From Geosiphon pyriformis uo1 (Eukaryota; Fungi; Glomeromycota): 64,000 nt of DNA. The notes below the pieces were generated by a model, which saw only the letters and a program-made list of their open reading frames with translations, made no database searches and was not told where the DNA came from. Every line of letters begins with the position of its first letter. Position 1 is the stretch's first letter. Position numbers and translations under genes: made by a program. The stretch covers positions 124,001-188,000 of the forward strand of contig JAAOMT010000097.1 of NCBI GenBank assembly GCA_016748015.1, in the 5' to 3' direction. Shown here one piece after another: positions 1 through 13,902 of the stretch.

Positions 1-3000
1 ACAGTCTGTAGTTCAGTTAAAATAGAGAACAGAAGCCCAGTTATCTTAACCCCAATACTCATGTTTGCAGCCAGAAAGTACACAGCTGCCCCACCTACCA
101 TCTTAATAGAACCAGCATTTTTCAAAGACCTATTTGTGTAGATTTTAATGCAATTAGACCATATCTTTAACAAACTATTACGAACAAAAGAGAATTTTTC
201 AGAATCTAAAACATCTAGCATATTTTTCCCAAAGTCAGCATTAGCTTTGACCTTTAAAGAAACAAAAATGTTCATGAAATCAGATGTCAATCTAAACCAG
301 TAAGGCACAAGGTTTTTTAAATCTAACTGCTTCCAATGCTGAAATTTTTTCCAGTTTATTACCTTTCTCTTCTTGTCAAGAAGTCTGTTACCAAATGCAA
401 CACCAAACCACTTCAACAAAAAAACAGATTTGTAGTACAAAAACTAACCCAAAATACCAGACATTGGAAAAATACCAGACCCATGAAAGGCACAAAGCAG
501 ATTGTTTGCCAGTGACAACTCATTCACCAAAAAAATTTTCACCACTTCTGCCAAAAAATTATTCACAAGACTAACACATAACCTAACAAAAAATTGTAAG
601 AGATTTAGAAGAAACCAACCCAAAACTTGTAAATTCAAGAATCTATGATCAAACAAACATCTAAGAATACCATAGCCATTGACAAATAAAATTAGAGAAG
701 CCAGCTTTCTTTCAGACTGCATCTGTTCAAAAGGCTTTAAACCATACAAAAATAGATAATACAAGACTTTACTGGGGAAGTTACATAGTAAACTAGCCTT
801 GGCTTTAAGACTTTTCTTAATTATCATGTCCCACTTATAACATACATCCAAAGAAACAAAACTAAACTATGTGCAATAGCTAATAATTGGTTGCAAAACT
901 GCCAAAACTAAGTAACAAAATTGTTTATCTGTAATGGCTTTTCTTAACACCACATTAGAAAAAAACCTGACATCCACATAAGTTTGAGCCAAACTGGACT
1001 TAGAGAGATTTTTAGTTGATAAAAAGATACCCAGATATCAGTGTGACTCACTCTTTTTGGCAATTGAGATTGGCAAGCCATTAATTAACAGTAAAGTATT
1101 CTTAACATCTTGATTGATGGGAATAACCACTGTCTTATCATTATTTATTGAAATATCATTGACCTTAAAAAACTCACTAGCAATATTCAAAATATACTGT
1201 GTGGAAGCCTGACAGCTCCTAATTCAAATTGTATTATCTACAAAGGCACCAGCAGCCAAGAAAAAAGTTTTCCTTCCAACTGTCTCAATCCTGTCAAACT
1301 TCGCCATAAATCTAGTATCTATTCTGTATTCACACAAGTACTCATGTTTCTTCACTTCACACAAAAGCAGATCATAAAAAATTCTCCACAGGAACAGAAA
1401 AAAGACCTCTCTTTGATCCAACCTATCATGTACCCTATAGCTTTCTGAGAGCCCAAAGTCAGTTATCATCTTGTTAATCCTATCTTCATAAATATTGCCA
1501 AAAAACTGGATAAACTGATCACACATTTTGATGCAACACAAGCTTGCCCTCAAATGATGCCAGCCTACTAAGTTATAAACTTTATGCATATCCTATAGTA
1601 CCAGCCAAAGTTCTCTATTTTTTTCTAGGGCATCTTCAATAATGGATTCAATTGCAAAAATAGGAGACTGGATAGAAATACCCTTTAATACCGAAAAATT
1701 ATTATTATAGAGAATACCAAATTTGCTACAAACCAAAGATATCTGGTCAGAAAGAATCTTAAATAAAATTTTACATGTAATATTGACTAATATGATAGGC
1801 CTAGTATTTGTCAAAACACTATTCCATTTATAAGACTTTAGGATTATTGAAATCCATGCTCTCTTCTAGGCAGCTGAAACCATGCCCAAACTCAAACACA
1901 AATTCAGTAGCCTCAAAAGGCAGACCAATATCTTTTTACCACAATGTTTCTAAAGTTTATTAGGTATTTCAGACAATCCAGCCACTTTATTATTTGGCAA
2001 GCCATCAATAACCAAAGACAGTTCTGCCATACTAATCTTTTTTATTACACTAGAGAAGACATTATTATCTATATAATTCAGAGACATATATTAATAAAGC
2101 CACAGATTAGGCATCTTTGGAAGCATTAATTGCTTTCTCATCCATCCTTTCATAATTTTATCATCTTAAACTTTACCTTCTTAGGCTCCACCACTATCAC
2201 ATCATCTACCACCAAATGATCCAAAACAACCTTGCAAAATGGGCATTTCAAAATGCTTTTATTATTCATCCCTTATCAGAACAGAAATTTTTCATATGCC
2301 AGTCAATAGTCTTCCTAATATTAGCATTTTTTACTACTTTTGATTCAAAATACTTGGACTTCTGATATTTTTTCCTCACTACTAACAAATGTTTAACCAA
2401 ATTTATTAAATTTATATCATCTAAAACCATATCAGTAACCTTAGACACTTCAATATCATCAATAGATATCCAAACTCCAATAAGATGATCAAAGTTTGAG
2501 AGGTCACCAGAATTCCAGGATTTTACAATTTTAGCAATGAGCAACTTCAGCTTATAAAATTTTAAAAATTGCTTGTTCTTAGAACAATTATATTCACTAT
2601 ACCAGCTCTTAAAAAACATCTCAGTAGTAGTCTGTATCATGACTTCTTCTAATGCTTTCCACATTATATCTAAGTTACCATTGATTTTAGCAACCCTAAA
2701 CATGTAAGATCTGGTTAACAACTTGGTAGAAGAACAATTCTTAAAATGCAACCACTGAACTTTGTCCACATTTTCCAACTTGAACTTCTATCAGTCTCAG
2801 TTGGCCTGCTTATGAGCATTAATAAGATGGGCATCTAGAAGTTCACCCAAACCAATAGAAACTAAAATTAATTTATGATATGTATCAAAAAATTCTAACA
2901 CATTATTAATGATATACAATGCAATTGTAGACATCAGATGCTCACTTACAAAAATAAAATCTATCACTTTCTCAATCCTTCTAGAATTGCTTTAAGTTAG

Positions 3001-5560
3001 AGCTTTGGCCAACAAATGTTCATTGAAAGTATTAACCAGGCCCAAATCCAAGCAGAACTTGAAATTAACACTCTTCTTTGATCTATTTTTATTAAAATCA
3101 CCACCTAAGACCACAAAAGAGCTAGAACTAACTGCTATAGAGATCATAGAGTTGACATCAGCAGCTTGAGTAAAACAAATACTAATAGATACACCAGCAT
3201 AGAGACCCAAAATAGTAACTGAAAGCTTGTTTTTAAACAAAAGATGCACAAAAATCAACCAACCAGGAATCTTTTCAACTTTAGATACATGACAAGCCAA
3301 AAAAATGTCCATGATTATGGCAACCCCAGCATCAAGAAAACTCACATCCAAACCAGAAGTAAAAACCCAAACTTCATTAAACCTATTCATAATCTACAGT
3401 CTAACACTAGATTTTAATTTTGTTTCTATAACAATTGAAACCATATTTTCTGATTTCTTATGCCAACAAACAATGTCTTTCTGCTTGGCAAAAACATTGA
3501 TACTCTTAATATTGCATGTAGCAAATTTCTAGATCAAATCTATTATTAAGAAAAAAGAGGTGCCAAGGGATTCAAATCAGCACACAAATAATCCAATTTC
3601 AACAAAACAAAACCAACAGAAGTTTCAAGAGCCACCAATTTCAATTTCAGACTGCCCACTTTAATGGTAAAAATTTTTGAACTGCTTAGACTCAGAGTTG
3701 AAAACATATTCACTACAACTGAGGAGGAAGTTATAGGGAACATTTGTGAAATATCTAAAATCATATTCAAATCTAAATCTGAACTTAAAAGCACAACTAC
3801 AGCAGAAGAAAAAAGTAGAGAAACAGATGCCAGAGGCACTAGATCAACCAAATTCAGCTTCCTCACAATGTCCAAAACTTGATCTGCCAAAAGCTTCAAA
3901 GAATGTTTCAGCAAGACCAGATAATCATTAATAGAGGAAACATTTTGAACAACCAGTTTGCTCCTCTTATTGCTTAAGACACTATGAACAGAAGAACCAA
4001 ACCCAGAACCAAAGATGAAATAAGAACCACCAGAAAAAAAGGCAAGTAAAACTACTTGCACCCAAGATTTGCCACCAAAAGCTACAGAATAGGAGATAGA
4101 AACACTTTTTTTTGTATACAATTTTGCCAGCTGAAGGTGACATTTATCTAAAATGCTTTTTTTAACAAACTTTAAAGACTTAGAAGTGGTCATCATTGGT
4201 ACATTACACTCCAAAACAGAATGACCAAAATGTCTATACCTCTTATAATAAACCAAATCCAATCTAGCCCAAAAAAGTTTAATACCACCAAATATTGGCT
4301 CAGTGTGATATGCAGACTCCAAATCTTCCTCAGATCCAAAACCAATCACAGCACAGCAAATCCAGTTACCAGAATTTAATGAATAATTAATTACACAGGT
4401 TTTCCCACCAGTCCTATCCAAAAGAATGCCCAAATCATGAGCAGTTGTTCCCACCAACAAAGTAAATAGCAAAGCTCTGAACTGATCTCTTGATGTCTAT
4501 GTATTGCAATCTTCTATAGTTATAGTTACACACACTAAATTTTTACCAATTAAGAAGAATCATTTTGCAGCCAACCGTTCAACCTAATCTGATTTGGCAA
4601 ACTCCACTACAGTCTTCAACCACATTCCAATTAGCTGAACTTTGATCGACTTAATATTACCAAATTTGAATACTACAGTAACAATTATTTCTTTTGGCAT
4701 GTCCATGAGAATTTTTTTGATAATCACAGTCTGATTTAAAATTGTTCTTTGTTTTTTGACATTAATATTTACAATAATTCCATTTTTTTTGGCCAATAAA
4801 GTAGTCTTCATCATGCTGATCTCTGATGTAAAGATAGATCTAATAATCTCTTAAATTTTGAAAGAGTAGTGGTCTCCCCAAAACCATTGACTAATGAAAA
4901 AAATTTTCTAATCAACTGAGTTTTTGCCATTGCTGATTTCTCTTTTATAGCTGAAAGATTAATATTCAAAGCAAACAACTTTTTAATTGACACTTCTATA
5001 GGAGTTTTGATGATTTTTGAGTCAATTCACTTTTTGTTAAGAAAGATAGGCAAGCAAGAAGAGAGAACAACTTCATTATCATCTATACAAAAATTGGGAA
5101 AACTGAGCAGAAAACCAAAAACAGCACCAGTGTTGACTTGTTTTGTCTTGAGTATAGTAGCAGCTGAGCTCAAAAGAGACCCATTATTTATACCAGCCAT
5201 GCTAATATCTTTATTATCACCAAATAGACTCTTCACATTAAAATATATATTATTATCAGGTCCTGATTTATTTAAGAAGATATCTCTTTCATCATCAAAA
5301 TGTTTAACATTACTAAGAATAACTTTTTTCTTTTAAGAAAAAAAACCACCAGCAGAACCATAAAAAGCACTTTTGGATGCCTTTTTTTTAGACTAATGTT
5401 ACTTGTAGTAGTTTCTAAATTCACGAAAAATGGGTTATTATTAGGTAAAAAAATATTAATATAAACTAACAAGAAAAAAAAACAAAAAAACTTCTTTTTC
5501 AGAAAATGTGCTTTTTGAGGATTTTTGAAGGTAAGAGAAAAAGAAGTTTTTTTCTTATTT
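1..5560 (-). mobile_element. Degenerate non-LTR retrotransposon (LINE) copy A: ORF1 remnant plus ORF2 (AP endonuclease, reverse transcriptase) remnant; 3' end lies outside the window
   Basis: Minus-strand ORF fragments are collinear with the 13.9-20.7 kb element: endonuclease VLGGDFN (2992-3390), RT motifs TNTRPIILV, IEDALEKNRELWLVL and AGAFVDNTI, and a knuckle-like ORF1 remnant FGHSVLEC. Many stops and frameshifts. The 5' end motif (aagaagtttttttc(c/t)tattt on +) is shared with copy B. Confidence 0.92.
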
Positions 5561-6861
5561 AATTAATTTTGGTAAAAAAAAAATATTATTCAAATTTTTT
5601 TAAAATACATAACACAAAATTAGTTAATTTTTTAAAAAAATATTATATTTAATAAAAAACTTTTAAATCTTAAAATATTTATTACAAAGTTATTTTTTGG
5701 TTTATTTAAATTATTTTTTAAGTTTTTTATTATATTTAAAATTTTAGTTATTTGGTTTATTAATTTAGTGTATTAAGTTAAAATTGCTGTTTTTTTGTTT
5801 TATGTTATTAAAAATAAATTTAGTTTTAATTAAATATTTTAGAAATTAAGCTGTTAAAATTAATTTAATAAATAAATTATAATTAAGTTTGTTAATATTT
5901 TAATTGTTTAAATTTTTGCTTTTGTTAAGAACAAATCTATTTTAATAATAAAATAAAATAAAATTGCTTTTTTTTGGGTTTTTAAATTATGAATTTGGTT
6001 AAAATTTCAAGTTTTTTGTAAAATTTTTTTGGTATTATTAAGAATAAACTAGATAATTTATATTTAAATAATAACATAAAAAATAATATTAGTTTTTTTT
6101 GAGTAATAATTTATTGGTTTGTTTGTAAATTTTGAAAGACATAACAAAAAAAATACAATTTGGTTAAATAAATTTATCAAAAACAATAGATTTAAATTTT
6201 GTTATAAATAAAATAAATATTAAAAGTTTGTTTATAGTATCTAATATAATGTAGTTTTATATTAGTTTAGGTAATTGGTTATACATAAAAAGCACACATA
6301 TATAGATTATAATTAGATTATACTTGTTAATATTTAATAATAATATAACTACTTTGTTTTATTGTTTTATTATTAAATTGTAATAATTCTGGTTTTTTTG
6401 TCTTTTTAAACAAAATTTATTGGATAATTCATGAAACCAATTCACTATAATGAAAATACATTATAAAGAAAGTACTGCGTATATGTTTTTACAATAAATG
6501 TGAATTACACACTTTTTATATATAAGTAATTATCATCTTTGAAAGACCAAAATCTTTAAATACATAAAATTATTTTTAGAAATATAATTTTTATTAAATC
6601 CTTTTTTGGATTTTTCAAACCTAGGCGACGATTGAAACGGCCAAAGAAACAAGGAACAATGAAACGACTTACCTTTTTAATCGAGGACAAAAAAGGTAAG
6701 TATTTTTATTACTACATAGGGATAATCTAATTGTCACATGATGGCAGTCATATCTAATTTTTTTAAAAATTTTTGGATCGACTCTCGCAAGCCCGGCCTC
6801 TCGTTACTACTAAAATTGTCGTGAGCAGAGTCGAACGGTTTTTGGGAAAAACTTGGGAATC

Positions 6862-9800
6862 ATGGATACCCACGCTGTCTATCAACTATTTAATGCCTCT
6901 TATCACCCTGACCGTAATATACAGAAACAAGCCGAACTACAAATAAAGCAGGCAAGTTGAATTGATTTTTCCATTCAAGTCATTCTGTAATCGTTATTTT
7001 TACAAGATTTCCTCTTGATCAGATCGAAGGCCTTCCTGGTTTCATTTCTGCTCTTTTACAAATAGTTGGGTCTGAAATATCGGAACTTGGTGTGCGGCAA
7101 GCTGGTATGACTAGTTTTAAGCTTCGTACCTTTATCAACAACCAAATCATTTGCGCGAGAAGGTTTTTTACTTGCAGTAAAAATTCTCGTGATCTTTCAA
7201 TCCTTTTTTCAAGCTTAGAAGCAAAATGGAATTTTTGTTCATTCATTTTTTTTTCAAGGTTTGAGGATCAATGGCATCATTTTGCTTTCTGAAACGAAGG
7301 ATATTCCTTAACATATATGATTCCTGAAATGAATTTATTTTTGAGATGAATTAATTTACTCAACCTTTTATATATTCCAAGAATCTTATTTGATATATAT
7401 ATATTTCATTTCTTTCTAGTTGCTATATACCTCAAGAATCGTATTCGAAAAGCATGGCGCATCGATGAAGACATTCCATTATCTGTAGCTGCTCCTATCA
7501 CCGATGAAGATCGAGAAGTTTTCAAAGTCTCAATAATACAAATACTTGTAACCGCGCCAAATGCTGTCAGGTGAATATATGAAAGCTATTTGGATGGATA
7601 CCGTGATTTTCGATTCTAATTTTAAATATTGTTCAGGCTACAATTACTTGACTCTTTGAACAAAGTATTAACCTACGACTATCCGAATCATTGGCCAGAC
7701 TTCATGAATCAGATTCATTCTCTTCTTTCTTCCAATGATACTCGAGTTGTATATGTTGGTCTCCTGTGTCTTCACGAAGTGGTTAAAGTATATCAGTAAG
7801 TAGTACCCGTTGAATTTTTTTCACACAATTATATTTCACCCTTACTAAGCTTTTTTTATTTAGATGGAAGTCTTCTGAATTACGCGAACCTCTTATTGAT
7901 ATTGTAAAAAGTACATTTCCCGCTATTTTACAAATTGGTCAAAATCTTGTCAACGAAAACAGCGTTGATGCAGCAGAAATGCTAAAAACTCTTCTTAAAT
8001 CTTATAGCTCTGTCATTCAAGTAAGTATATTTACTTATTATTTTTTGAAAATTGGAATATTACCCAAAAAGCTATTTAATACTAATTTATTGACAACTAT
8101 TAAGTACGAATTAATACTACCTCTTCAAGATAATTCCTCCTTGATACCTTGGGGAACCTTGTTATTACAAATAGTGGCAAAACCTTTAGCGGATGATTCC
8201 ATGCCGGTCGATTTAGAAGAACGTGAATCTCATCCACTATGGAAAGCAAAAAAGTGGTCATATCGAATTTTAAACCGCTTATTCGGCAGATATGGCAATC
8301 CTGCGCAACTTTCCGGTTCTCCAAATCAATATTTAACTTTCGCAGAAAACTTTATTGAAAATTTTGCTCCTCAAATTCTTCGTGAATATCTGCATCAAAC
8401 AGAATTATGGATTCAAAAGAAGCAATGGCTGAGCAATAAGGTTTTATATTTTTTGTCGGACTTTTATAAAGATGCGTAAGTCTCTTCTTATTAGCATGTA
8501 AGAAATTTATACTTAATCGTGATCTGACTATATATATCTTTTTTAGCATCACTCACAAAATCACGTGGCAAATCTTCAAGTCCCATAGTGCAACAATAGT
8601 TTCTGACTTCATTTTCCCTCAACTATGTTTTTCTGATCAAGATCAAGAGTTGTGGGAGGAGGATCCTGTAGAATATGTCCATAAGAAAGTCGATCCTTTA
8701 GAAGATTTTACATCCCCAGCCATCGTTGCCATTACTTTTCTCATGGACCTGGCTAAATATAGAAAAAAATATACCTTTGCGACAACTCTAAGCCTTATCA
8801 ATAATATTTTAAACACATATCTTGAAGCTCCCCCTGAAGCCAAAAATCCTCGAGCCAAAGACGGGGCGTTGCGTATGATCGGGTGTCTTTCCAATTTGGT
8901 TTTGCACAAAAAATCCAATGTCGGCCATTTGATGGAATCCTTTTTCACCACCCACGTATTTCCTGAATTTCGAAGCGAATATCCATTTTTGAGGGCTAGG
9001 GTAAATTAAGGAGGCCCTGATTTTGTTGCATTGAAAACTTTAGAAACTCATTACGGAGCAAATCATCTTCTTAGGCGTGTGACATGCTTATCAAATTTTC
9101 AGATTTGGATTTTCAAAAGGTGAATCTTGGTATCGCGTTCCAAGGAATCACGGAATGCATGGGAGATTCCGAATTACCTGTTAAAGTTCAGGCTGCCTTG
9201 GCTTTGCAAAGTTTAATTCGTCATGACATAGGTAAATAAGAGTTTTCCATTTTAATCATTTAACACCGTTTTCATGGAAACATTTAAAAACTCGCTATTC
9301 TCTATAACCAATTTAGTCAAAGATGCTTTGATTCCCAACTTGCAAGTTGTGATGCAAGGTGAACTGTTTCTTCGATACCTACTCTTCTTTTTTCGCCATT
9401 GTTCTTTTTAACATATTTACTTTCTTCTTATAGAATTACTTAATCTCACCAATCAGATCGACGTGGATACTCTTGTTACAGTTATGGAGGAGTTTGTGGA
9501 AGTTTTCTCCGAAGAATTAAGTCCTTTCGCTGTCCAGCTTTGCATTCAGATGGTATACTATCCCGTTTTAATATTCTTTAGATTCATGCATGGCAGAACT
9601 TCTTTTTTTGATTTTTGAAAAATACAGCGAGAAACCTTTCTACGGCTCATGCAAGATTTGGAAGAATCACATGCTCACATTACAAAGGAAAACTATTCAA
9701 GCTCGGGAGAGATGGATGAAGTGAGTGATAAAACTATGGCGGCCACGGGTGTGTTGAAGACCATTAGCACTCTTATGCTAAGCTTAGAAACCACACCTGA

Positions 9801-11743
9801 GACATTTGCTGAATTGGAAAAAGCTCTGTTACCTGTCATTACATATACCTTAGAAAATAGCATTATCGGTAAGGGCCATATTTTACTTTTCGATAAGAAC
9901 TTTTTTGTCAAAAACTTAAACCACAACTTTTAATAAAATATTTTTGTAACCATATTAGATCTTTACGATGAAGTTTTCGACATCATTGATAGCTGTACGT
10001 TCTCGACAAAAAATGTTTCACCCATCATGTGGAGTGTTTTTGAACCAATATACAAAACCTTCAAAGATTCTGGTCAAGATTACATTGAGGGTAGGATTGA
10101 GAAATTTGTTTTTAGCTCATGAAATTTTAGAAGCTCAGTTTCCATGCTTTAATTACTAAAGAAGCGCTTATTTATATATTAAGAGATGCTTCCAGCGCTT
10201 GATAATTATATCTCATATGGCAAGGACGTGTTTGTACAAAATCATAACTTACAGGGCATGATTTATGACATGATCGAAACGGTACCTTTTAAATTTCTGA
10301 TCTCTTAAGGAAATGCAGTACAATCCAAATTTTCACGTTAGCCTCATTAATCCTCTTTACAGGTTATGAAAAGTGACAGATTAATTGAAAATGACCGTGT
10401 GTGTGCATGTAAATTAATCGAATCTGTGTTGTTAAATTGCCGTGGTCACGTTGATAAGGTATTTATATGATTTCTATATTCCTATCAGCTCAAATAATCA
10501 TTTATTTCATTTCAGTATATCGAGCCATTTCTTGGATTGGTATTTGGATATTTGGGTCGAATAGAAGAGATTACCAGTTCTGAATTTAAAATTTATTGTA
10601 TCGAGACGGTATATTACAATTCTGTTTTGCTTGCAACTTTTGAATATTTAAAATATCTTCCAAACATTGTTTTACCGCTAAATCTGTTTATCGAATTTTG
10701 AGGTCGTCAACGCTTTATTTTATAACCCAATGCAAACCCTTCGGATTCTCGAAGAACGTGGACTCACTCAAGGATTTTTTACAATTTGGTTTAATAATCT
10801 CGAAAAGTTTTCTCGGGTTCATGACAAAAAGTTGGTGATTGTGGCACTTTGTTCTCTACTTGAAATTCCTCTTGAACAATTGCCACCTACTTTGCAAAAT
10901 GGCTGGCCCCAAATGTTTGACGGAATATTGAATACTTTCAAAACATTGCCTAAAGCTGAAGCAGGTAAGCAGGAGGACATTATATTCTCGGGTTCGAATG
11001 GATTCATAATCTTTTATTATTTGTTGTTTTTAATGACCAATAGCTCGCCAACAAATAAAGAAATTCTACGAAGGCATCGAGAGCGACGACGATACAGGGG
11101 AAGAATCCAAGGAATTTGATTTAAGTCAAGACGATGGAAAAAATATAAATAAAGATGAAGAAGATTATGATGAAGTTGAGGGTAAGACGCCTTACCCTAT
11201 TCCCTATACTGATTTTATTAGAATATTAATCGCTTTATTTTTCTTAAATAGAAATTGACGATGATGAAAATGTCACAGACGAGGATGCTGAATATCTAGA
11301 ATTTCTTGCCAAAGAGGTTTTTTTGGGAATTTGAATATTTATTTGGAATTTATTGTGTCAAAGGCTATAATTCTCCTAACTGCTGTCGAAACAGGCTGCA
11401 AAATACTCACCAGATTCGGATCTGAAAGATGAAGATGAAGATATGGAGGAGGAAGCTTTATTTGAATCTCCTTTGGATGATATAGACGTTTATATTAGAT
11501 TCCAAGAAATATTGTTAGGTATGGATAAGTATTTATTTCCATGAAGATAAAAGACGCAGGAAATATTGAAACTGAAATTTTTTTATTTTAGGCTTACAAC
11601 AACATAACCCAAATTCCTATGCACACCTCACTAAAAATCTCAACCTTGAGAAATCCAATTTCATCTCGACCATTTTTTCAATAGCCGATGAACATCGAAA
11701 GGCTCAACAGGAACTGATAAATCAAGCCAATTTTGAAGACTAA
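6862..11743 (+). CDS. NMD5: Importin-7/8-like karyopherin beta (NMD5/SXM1 family), many exons
   Basis: Spliced translation MDTHAVYQLFNASYHPDRNIQKQAELQIKQ..VRQAVAIYLKNRI, WKAKKWSYRILNRLFGRYGNP, WEEDPVEYVHKK, KDGALRMIG, EMLPALDNYISYG, RVHDKKL and an acidic C-terminal tract. The first intron is GC-AG (6952-7022). Confidence 0.9.
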
Positions 11744-13001
11744 CCTTGAACTTGGTTTTTGATTTAAAAACTCTTATATTACTACTTTAATTCTTTTGTT
11801 TATCACACGGTAACAAATTTACAAAAGGCATCTTACCCTATAATGTTTAGTTGGGGAAGAAGCTGGTAAATACAGTGTGATACCAAAAAAATGGATATTT
11901 TTGTTTTTATATAATAAATAATTATTTAAACAAGTTAAATATATTTTTTAATAATAAATAAATAAGATTACTTTTTAAACTCTTCTAATAATCTTCCAAT
12001 AATAGAAAAACCGATTAACAATTTGATTGAACCCCATTTTTATGATAATAATGATTATACACAAAAACCCAAAATATTACTAGTAGTTTTAAACAACATA
12101 TTTTACCAAGCCGTAAAATATACATTGTCAATCGATATACCAAAATTAATAAAAAGTTACTTTTGTATTAAACTTTTACCATTTTTACCAATTTATAATA
12201 CTAATATTAATTATTACCATTACTAAATTCTTATGTATTTTATGATTTTATTACATATTTTATGTTCTGTTTCTTTTTTTTAACAAAAGCAACATTAACA
12301 ATTATATCTTTCTTATCTTGTTTTTTTTAATGTTACAGATGTGTTTTTCTTTTTTTTTCTTTTTATTGCTTAGAAATAAAAACTTATATCTATTGTTTTG
12401 GTATTTAGATTATAATTGTTTACTAATATTGATTTTGTTGTCATTATCTTAACAACACAAAAACCATCATAATACACACATAAAATAATTTATTGTTTAA
12501 TTCTATGGCCAATATAGTTAAAAATATTATTATAATTAACACAAATCTTAATTATTAACAGTAAAAAAAAACAAACAAACAAATAATAAAAAGTATAAAG
12601 TTGAAACAAGTCTTTTTTTTATATTTAAAAGAAGCAAAAAGTAGAAAGAATAATAATTTTATATTATATTTATTATTATAGAATTATATATAATATAATA
12701 ATAAAAAACTATGTTTTAAACAAAAAAAAAGCCATAAACATTTTTAGAATTTGTTAAAAAAACACATTACAATAATATAGTTTTATATAAAAAAAATTAT
12801 TTAAGTTTAAAAATTTGTTATTTGTTAAAACATTAAAGCATAAAAGCTTAAACAATTTACTTAGTATTGTATCTGATTTTAATTATAAAAACAATTATAA
12901 TAAAAAATTATAATTTAAGAGCAAAACTGCAAAAATATTTTGTTGTTTTATAAACATAAATTTTATTTATAGAAGCAATTATTTAATAATTAATTTAGTT
13001 A

Positions 13002-13726
13002 TTTTTTTTTTTTTTTTTTTACATTTTAACAAGTGAAATCCAAATGCTACCTAGTACTATACATCATGTAAATGATCTAAACTAAGTACGAATTATGTAT
13101 TTTTTACATGTGACCAGTCACTCAAGCTGATCAAAACAACACTAGACACCTATATGAACAGAAACCATATCATCTACACCAGAAAAAAACAGACAAGATT
13201 TACAAAACCCAAAGCTAATACCAAAGGTATCAGTAATACCTAATAACTTAACCACACCAGCCGAAAGTAACTTAGAGGGGCCTATAACAGAAAAAGGGAG
13301 AGAACCATCATGCAGAATTAAACTATTTCTCTTCATAAGAGACCTGTGTTTGGCATGAACCAGCCAAACCTTCTCCCAAAAAGCAAGACAAAATTTACAC
13401 ACAAAATTCATGACGGTCAGAGCTGTCACTTTGGAATTCTTAAAAACAGTAACTGATTCATAGTATCAATTATTAAAAACAAAATTTTTACACAGAGCCA
13501 TGCCAATTGCAGTACCAGAAACACAATTTGACAACAACTGTGAGACACATGAAAAAGAATGAGAAAAACCAGTGTGAGTCTCCCAAGCAGATACATGAAC
13601 ATCAACCAACTGAGTGCAGACAGAAGCATCAGATGGGCAAGAAAACACATGGTCAGAGATCTCAATATCATCACAATAAAGACATATTATGTTGGGATAG
13701 CACCTATCATACAAACATTTGTGCAC
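13002..13726 (-). mobile_element. 5'-truncated LINE copy C (3' end only) with poly(A) tail and target-site duplication
   Basis: Poly-T at 13002-13020 on +; sequence is homologous to the 3' end of copy B (CLYC..SDHVFSC zinc motif, VWLVHAKHR). Flanked by direct repeat atttagtta at 12993-13001 and 13727-13735. Confidence 0.92.
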
Positions 13727-13902
13727 ATTTAGTTATAAATATAAAAATAATAAAATAATAAAATAAATAATTATAAATTTAACCAATAACTATAAAAGTT
13801 TTAAAAACAAATACTTGATTTTTAATATTAAAATTCCAAACAAAAAAAAACAAAAAAAACAATAAAATTTGGTTTTTAACAATTAATATTAATATTATTC
13901 TA

